Program-made: the position numbers and the translations under genes
NCBI RefSeq assembly: GCF_023055435.1
Contig: NW_025963902.1
Location: 2,539,815-2,603,814, forward strand
DNA: 64,000 bases
DNA from: Haliotis rufescens
Taxonomy: Eukaryota
Direction of reading: 5' to 3'
Part shown: positions 58,936 to 64,000 of the stretch, one piece after another
Layout: each line of letters opens with the position of its first letter
How positions within the stretch are numbered: position 1 is the stretch's first letter
The notes under the pieces: generated by a model
Databases searched by the model: none
What the model was told of the DNA's origin: nothing
What the model saw: only the letters and a program-made list of their open reading frames with translations

Positions 58936-59230
58936 AATAGCCTTGACCCATACACCAACATAGCTTCATTTTGGAACTGACGTAAACAGCTCCATCGCCA
59001 CTGCCGTGTGAGGTCTGTCGTTGTCTTGTTGGAAAATGACTTTCGCTTGTTGCTTAATGGGAAGGACGTGTGGCTGAAGAATCTCATCCAATTACCCAGA
59101 AACTGTACTAGGTCTGTTCTACCAGTGTAGGAGATGGCAGCCCACATCATCACAGTGTCGCCACTTAATCTGTCCACTTCCTGAATGCAGTTTGTGCATA
59201 ATGTTCCCTGCGGTGCCAATAAACACGTCT
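58930..59230 (-). pseudogene. Fragment of a Tc1/mariner transposase C-terminal catalytic region (…GDTVMMWAAISYTGRTDLVQFLGNWMRFF…). It is truncated by the SINE family 2 insertion.
   Basis: It resembles the Tc1 motif GGGSVMVWG.FS..G.G.L..I.G.M. The ORF 58914-59219 runs into the SINE tail. Confidence 0.4.
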
Positions 59231-59564
59231 ACCGTCACGGCGAAGCTGTAGGATTGCGATGGCAAGCAAATGAAACCCCAACGTTTGTATATCCCAACAA
59301 GCGATGTTGCACGTGCATGTCATGTTGGTGTGGTTCGGCGCCAGGCTCTGACTTGCTTGTGTTTTGTGATTTTTCTATCTTTTCATCAAATTTCTGAAGT
59401 AGCCCAATCTTTCCACACAAATCATCCCCAATCCATGCAGAAATGTCCAATTTATTTTTGGTATCCAGTTTTTATGGACACGCTCTGTAAGATATTTACG
59501 ATTTAACTATTTGTGTGGTTTCGTTTTGCAGAGTATAATATGCTTCAAATAAAATTATGTGTAC

Positions 59565-59700
59565 AACCTATTGCTGTCTACCTCCTATTGCAGTCTACCA
59601 TCTACTACTGTCTACCACCTACCGCAGTCTACCACCTTCTGCAGTCTATGACCTATTTGCAGTCTACCATCTATTGCAGTCTACAACCTCATGCAGCCTA
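59565..59700. repeat. Tandem repeat with a 14-bp unit 'tattgcagtctacc' and about 9 diverged copies.
   Basis: 'gcagtctac' recurs every 13-15 bp. Confidence 0.7.
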
Positions 59701-60689
59701 ACCCTTTTCCAGTACACAACAACTTCAAGTCAATAGTAACAGCTTTTATGTCAAATTCAGCAGTTTCAATTTACCTATGTGCTCATTTTGCAAGCAGTTA
59801 TACTGATGATATTCAAAAACACAAAAAGAATTCTTTTATTTTACATACCGGTAGATCCTTCCACATGACAGTAAACATTTAGCCGTGCTTGCCATGGAAA
59901 TGCCACCAGCTGTTACATGGCGTTTTTCATGAAGTCAACATTCATTCTCTGAACACTTCATCATGTTTATTTATTCTATAAAAATAATAATAATAGTAAT
60001 ATACCAAGTACATGTGAATTTAAACTAATCACCATCAATAAGACTACAATTAATACTATATTAATACATTTTACATATGCAACCAAATGAGTCAATGTGA
60101 TTATATTGTTATCTCCACCACAGCAGCCTGCTGGGTAAGTGTCCATCTTCCTGAGGCAAGGGAGTTAACTGACTGTAAAAGTCCAGTTTCCACCCTTGCC
60201 GAACTAGGCTGGAATTTCTGGGCTTGATCGTAGCGCCACAAGTGGCTATTAAGAGTTATATCCCATCTATACCCATCTATAATTCACAGACTGCTTATGC
60301 CACCATGTCAACCTTGTGACAGGTGTCTTCATCCATTTAATTGAGTCTGGACCAGACAATCCACTGATTGACATCAGCATTGATCTAAGCAATTGGGATG
60401 GGATGACATGCATCAACAAAGTCAGCGAGTCTGCTAAAGCATGGGTTGCCAAAGAACAATTCTAACCCTGATCTGTACGGGTTCAACCATATTAACCACA
60501 CAATACACTATCAGTCTACTCATTGGATCACATAATACACACCTCCCCCGCTTCTTCATGCTTCGAGTCCGCCATCTTGGATGTACCTCAGTATCTGGAA
60601 AATACAACACATGGTAAACCAAAGATAAGGTATTCATTTAAGGACTGAAACAATGACCCGCGAGAATTAGTGCATCGTGGTATGAGTAA

Positions 60690-60975
60690 TATATTTTATT
60701 GTCATGATTGGTTGGTTGGTTGCTTTGTTGTTTAACGCCGCACTCAGCAATATTCCAGCTATATGACGGCGGTCTGTAAATAATCGAGTCTGGATCAGAC
60801 AATCCAGTGATTAATATCATGAGCATCGACCCACGCAATTGGGATCGATGACATGTATCAACCAAGTCAGCGAGCCTGACCACCCGATCCCGTTAGTCGC
60901 CTTTTACAAGCATAGTCGCCTTTTGCGGCAAGAATGGGTTGCTGAAGACCTATTCTACCCCGGAATCTTCACGGG
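60690..60975 (-). mobile_element. SINE family 2 copy in minus orientation. A 5'-truncated copy lies at 60330-60450.
   Basis: The consensus core is visible directly. Confidence 0.7.
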
Positions 60976-61094
60976 TCCTATTGTCATGAAACAAAATGCT
61001 AAATCATAAACATAATACTAATAGAACAAGCTATAATATACCAGTCTTATGAGCTAAACACAAATAACATAATTCTCTATTTATTACCCAAGAA

Positions 61095-61340
61095 GATGTC
61101 TTCACACAGAGACGAATTTTAGTGTTTACTTGCAAAGACAGCTGGTCGCAACAGCAGAGGAGCGTCAATTTGTCAATACGTCAACAATCTTCAGCTATGA
61201 TGTTGTTTCTAGTGTGACGTCATTCAGACCTCACGTCACAATAAAATTTGAATGACGTCAACAATGCCGTCCGAATGACGTGATATGACCCAAGGGCACA
61301 TGTTTTTTATGAACCCTGATATGTTTGCCCTCGTAGGTAA
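61095..61340. mobile_element. MITE-B copy.
   Basis: It aligns with 43318-43567 ('cttcagctatgatgttgt.tct.g.gt.acgtcattc..acctcac.tca.aataa.atttgaatgacgtc.acaatgcc.tccg.atgacg…tatgaaccctgatatgtttgccctc.taggtaataa'). Confidence 0.6.
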
Positions 61341-62092
61341 TAAGTATTGATATGTGACGGAGTCATACTGTAAATCATGAAATAAATGTGAGCATGTAAT
61401 TATCACTAATTACAGTCAAGTCCCATTAATCCGACATGGTTGGCTGCAGATTATTATGTTGGATTGACAAGTATGTCAACAAATTAAGAAGTATCAACAT
61501 CCATGATAAAAAATTGGACAACTACATGATAGATAACGATACAAACACATTGTAATAAAAAAATGAAAAATGAAATATTTATATTTTTATGTTGCATTGT
61601 TAGCGGAATATGTTTTCTAATCATGCAACCTCTAAAGCTTAACACAAAACTACTGCATGACTCATTCAAAATTCTTGTAGCGAGAACTTGTATCTGAATT
61701 TAATGAGATGGAGGTAATCTGAGCATGTAATTAATCCTGTTTTGTTTATTTAAAGCATTATTTAAAGGATTAACGAGACAGATTAAAGAGTGATTTCGAT
61801 AATTTGTTGCAAATTCGTTGTGTCGGAGTCAGAGGGGGAGACTATTGGAAAACGGGTCTAAATAGCACTGACTTGATTGGTTCCCGTCATTAGTGTCGGG
61901 TAAAGCCGATTGTTGGATTAACGAGTGTCGGATTAACGAGATTTGTCTGCAATGCAAAAAATGCAAGTGTCCTATGCTCTCAATCATAAAGTAACACATA
62001 TTCATCTGAACTTATTGCAGTTTAGTGTCATGTCCGGTTCACTGCACAAGGGCAGAAACAATGACATATACCGTATTTGACGTAATTAGCGC

Positions 62093-62400
62093 CCCGCTCT
62101 AATAAGCACCCACTGCGATATTTGCTAATGTATTGGCTAGTGAACAATCCTAATAAGCACCCCTTCCGTTTGATCAATGTACACAATATACTTATTTATT
62201 CGCGTAAAATCCGCACTCGTGTGTTACATGCACCCTTATTTATGGGCAATTAAATATATCTGTTGTAAATAAACATTTCAGGCTGTCAGCATAAACCACG
62301 AAATTAACGATCTTTCAACAACAAAATTTCACCAAAATAATATTCCAATAAGAGCCCCCTATTTCTAAATTTGAGAGCGCCCTGGGCGCTTATTACGTCG
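62093..62400. mobile_element. MITE-E, about 305 bp, with 17-bp TIRs 'gacgtaattagcgcccc…gggcgcttattacgtc' and three internal 'c.aataag..ccc' motifs.
   Basis: The reverse complement of 62378-62394 matches 62093-62109. Confidence 0.55.
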
Positions 62401-62690
62401 AATAGGGTATAACAAATATAAAACATCAACATCAGAGAATAATCAATTTTGACTATCGATTCCACTAGACGAGAAAGGCAAAATTGTGGTGAAAATCATA
62501 AGAATGGATAACTGAAAATATTTTACACAAGGTTTTTGTTAAAGGGGAAGCATGTCTTGCTCTACCAGTAGCTCACAGTAAACAGTGTAACTAAACTTTA
62601 AATTAAGTCTTCTTCTCACCAGGTACTGACTGTGTCAAGTGTGGGTAAGTTGATCAAGCAGTCAACCTGGTCAAATAATCTGCTCACCCA

Positions 62691-62850
62691 TATAATGAGT
62701 GAGTATGGTTTTATGTCGCTTTTAGCAATATTCCAGCAATATCACGGCGGGGGACACCAGAAATGGGCTTCACACAATGTACCCATGTCGGGAATCAAAC
62801 CCAGGTCTTCGGCGTGATGAGCGACCGCTTCAACCACAAGACCACCCAAC
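62691..62850 (-). mobile_element. SINE family 1 copy of 160 bp, flanked by the target-site duplication 'cacccatata'.
   Basis: The direct repeats lie at 62680-62690 and 62851-62861. Confidence 0.7.
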
Positions 62851-63119
62851 CGCCCACCCATATAAAGAACATGTCCAGAACAGTAACAGCTGTCGTGGTG
62901 AATACACCACACTGCTCATTGACAACCACTAAGAACAGTTGGAACCTGTACAATCTTCGTTGGTGACCCGACCCATCTCATTTGAATATGCGTTATATGA
63001 AATTTCCTGCTTTATATTTCATGGACATTAGATCACATATAAGGCAGTTAAGTTATGTTTGTGATCAGTTGAACTGCTTTCAATCAACACTAAATTGTGG
63101 TATTCTAAGTCTACAGTCT

Positions 63120-63450
63120 TGGCGTCTTAGTTAATCATAGGTCTTCAGCAACCCATGCTTGGTTGATGCATGTCATCGTATCCAAATTGGATGGGCCTGT
63201 GAAGATCCCGGGTAGGATAGGTCTGCCGTAAAAGGGGACTATGCTTGTCGAAAGAAGCGACTAACAGGATCGGTTGATTGCTGACCTGGTGGATGCATGT
63301 CATCGATCCCAACTGTGTGGATCGACACTCCACATGTGGATGCTCATAATGTCAATCACTGGATTGTCTGATCTAGGCTTGATTATTTACAGACCGCCGT
63401 CATATAGCAAGAATATTGATGAGTGCGGCGTTTAACAACAAACAAACAAA
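63120..63450 (+). mobile_element. SINE family 2 copy with a rearranged or duplicated head ('tcatcgtatccaaattggatgggcc…gtcatcgatcccaactgtgtggatcgacactccacatgtggatgctcataatgtcaatcactggattgtctgatctaggcttgattatttacagaccgccgtcatatagcaagaatattgatgagtgcggcgtttaacaacaaacaaacaaataatac').
   Basis: The core and the (CAAA)n tail are visible directly. Confidence 0.6.
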
Positions 63451-64000
63451 TAATACAAATTTATAGTTCAAAGGTAGTGCTACTCGCACTATTTGCAGGT
63501 CACATATTAGGCTAGGGGGCGCATTCACATACATTTGGTGACAGGTTAACTTTCATTATTACAGTGTTATGGAGGGGTTTATCTAGGATTCCAAAATTTT
63601 TCCTTTGGCAGGCAAAATGGGAAAATATCATTATTTTGTGCAAGTTCTTATTTTATTGAATTCAGTGTCATTTTAACATTGCATTCATAATTTAAGTTGG
63701 ATTCCAAACTAGCTACCCTTCGCAGGCAAATTGGACAAAAATTGTTAATCTGTTCAAAATGGGGTTTATTTTCTAATTTTCAAATTGTATTCAATACAAT
63801 AATGCAAATTAATCCTCTTCCTCTTTCTTGGTCCCGTCATAAGTGGACAACAAGTCTCCTTGACCATGTTCACCAAGCCATCACATTAGTTATAACAACA
63901 TTTACACAAACTTTTTAATTCCAAGTTTTACTGACAATTGCACAGGGATGGTTCAGACAAGCTGAGTATTTGTGCAAATATGAAAACATATTACCATCAC

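Overview
This window is eukaryotic (metazoan) nuclear DNA with very high repeat content, not a prokaryotic locus. From the start it contains, in order: a ~163-bp satellite array of about 48 monomers (1-7935) with two monomer subfamilies, segmental higher-order structure and one expanded poly-C tract; a 59-bp minisatellite; a decayed MULE/FLYWCH DNA transposon with inverted repeats and one intron; and a HARBI1-like (Harbinger) transposase fragment. Next come 34-bp, 29-bp, 48-bp and 16-bp minisatellites flanking an internally deleted Tc1/mariner element that has TIRs and a TA target-site duplication. These are followed by a KCTD (BTB/T1-domain) gene on the minus strand, a degenerate non-LTR retrotransposon with APE-RT-RNaseH organisation, and many SINE and MITE copies. 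The main protein-coding feature is a nearly complete argininosuccinate lyase (ASL) gene on the minus strand. I can place 15 coding exons (38988-58575; 1383 nt = 461 codons including the stop) with canonical GT/AG splice sites and consistent phases; only the short initiator exon is missing. Four ASL introns contain tandem arrays that begin exactly at exon-intron junctions. Two of them (the 61-bp and 72-bp arrays) are amplifications of the junction itself, exon sequence plus splice site. This is the most unusual structure in the window. Most long ORFs in the supplied track are periodic artefacts of tandem repeats. No CRISPR array, rRNA gene or prokaryotic defence system is present. The taxon cannot be determined from the sequence; the repeat families are compatible with an invertebrate such as a mollusc, but that is a guess.
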